This document shows, piece after piece, positions 7,957 to 7,983 of a stretch of DNA of 7,983 bases. The notes under the pieces are model-generated. The model had not been told where the DNA came from, made no database searches, and worked only from the letters and a program-made list of their open reading frames with translations. Each line of letters starts with the position of its first letter. The stretch's first letter is position 1. Origin of the DNA: Octopus sinensis (taxonomy: Eukaryota); assembly GCF_006345805.1 (NCBI RefSeq), contig NW_021828624.1, positions 1-7,983 of the forward strand, written 5' to 3'. A program made the translations under genes and the position numbers.

Positions 7957-7983
7957 TGTGTGTGCGTGTGTGTGTGTGTGTGT
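7957..7983. repeat. (TG)n microsatellite running off the window end
   Basis: Directly visible. Confidence 0.93.

Noticed and set aside
1-7983. CRISPR array or prokaryotic operon
   Set aside because: No repeat-spacer structure and no gene-dense organisation. The content is that of a eukaryotic repeat-rich region.

Overview
AT-rich, microsatellite-dense eukaryotic non-coding DNA made mostly of decayed transposons. No intact host gene is supported. The two tRNA-type SINEs match, from memory only, abundant octopus SINE families, so the source is probably an octopus genome (inference; no search run). Left to right: (1) a 5'-truncated Penelope-like retroelement (PLE) on the minus strand (~521-1687), with a Cys-rich linker, a decayed GIY-YIG endonuclease, a CA/C-rich 3' region and a minimal type I hammerhead ribozyme motif (614-649), whose 3' end abuts an (AT)14 tract; (2) a second, degenerate hammerhead-like motif on the plus strand where the PLE homology stops (~1688-1731); (3) a SINE at ~2914-3152; (4) a CORE-type SINE at ~4831-5135, interrupted at a TA by (5) a decayed irritans/Hsmar2-like mariner on the minus strand, which is joined head-to-head to (6) a decayed cecropia/Hsmar1-like mariner on the plus strand. 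Each mariner retains only its 3' TIR. Most ORFs in the supplied track are microsatellite or antisense artefacts. The hammerhead motifs are the most interesting items, but they belong to a known class (PLE-associated minimal hammerheads). I see no evidence of a wholly new biological system.
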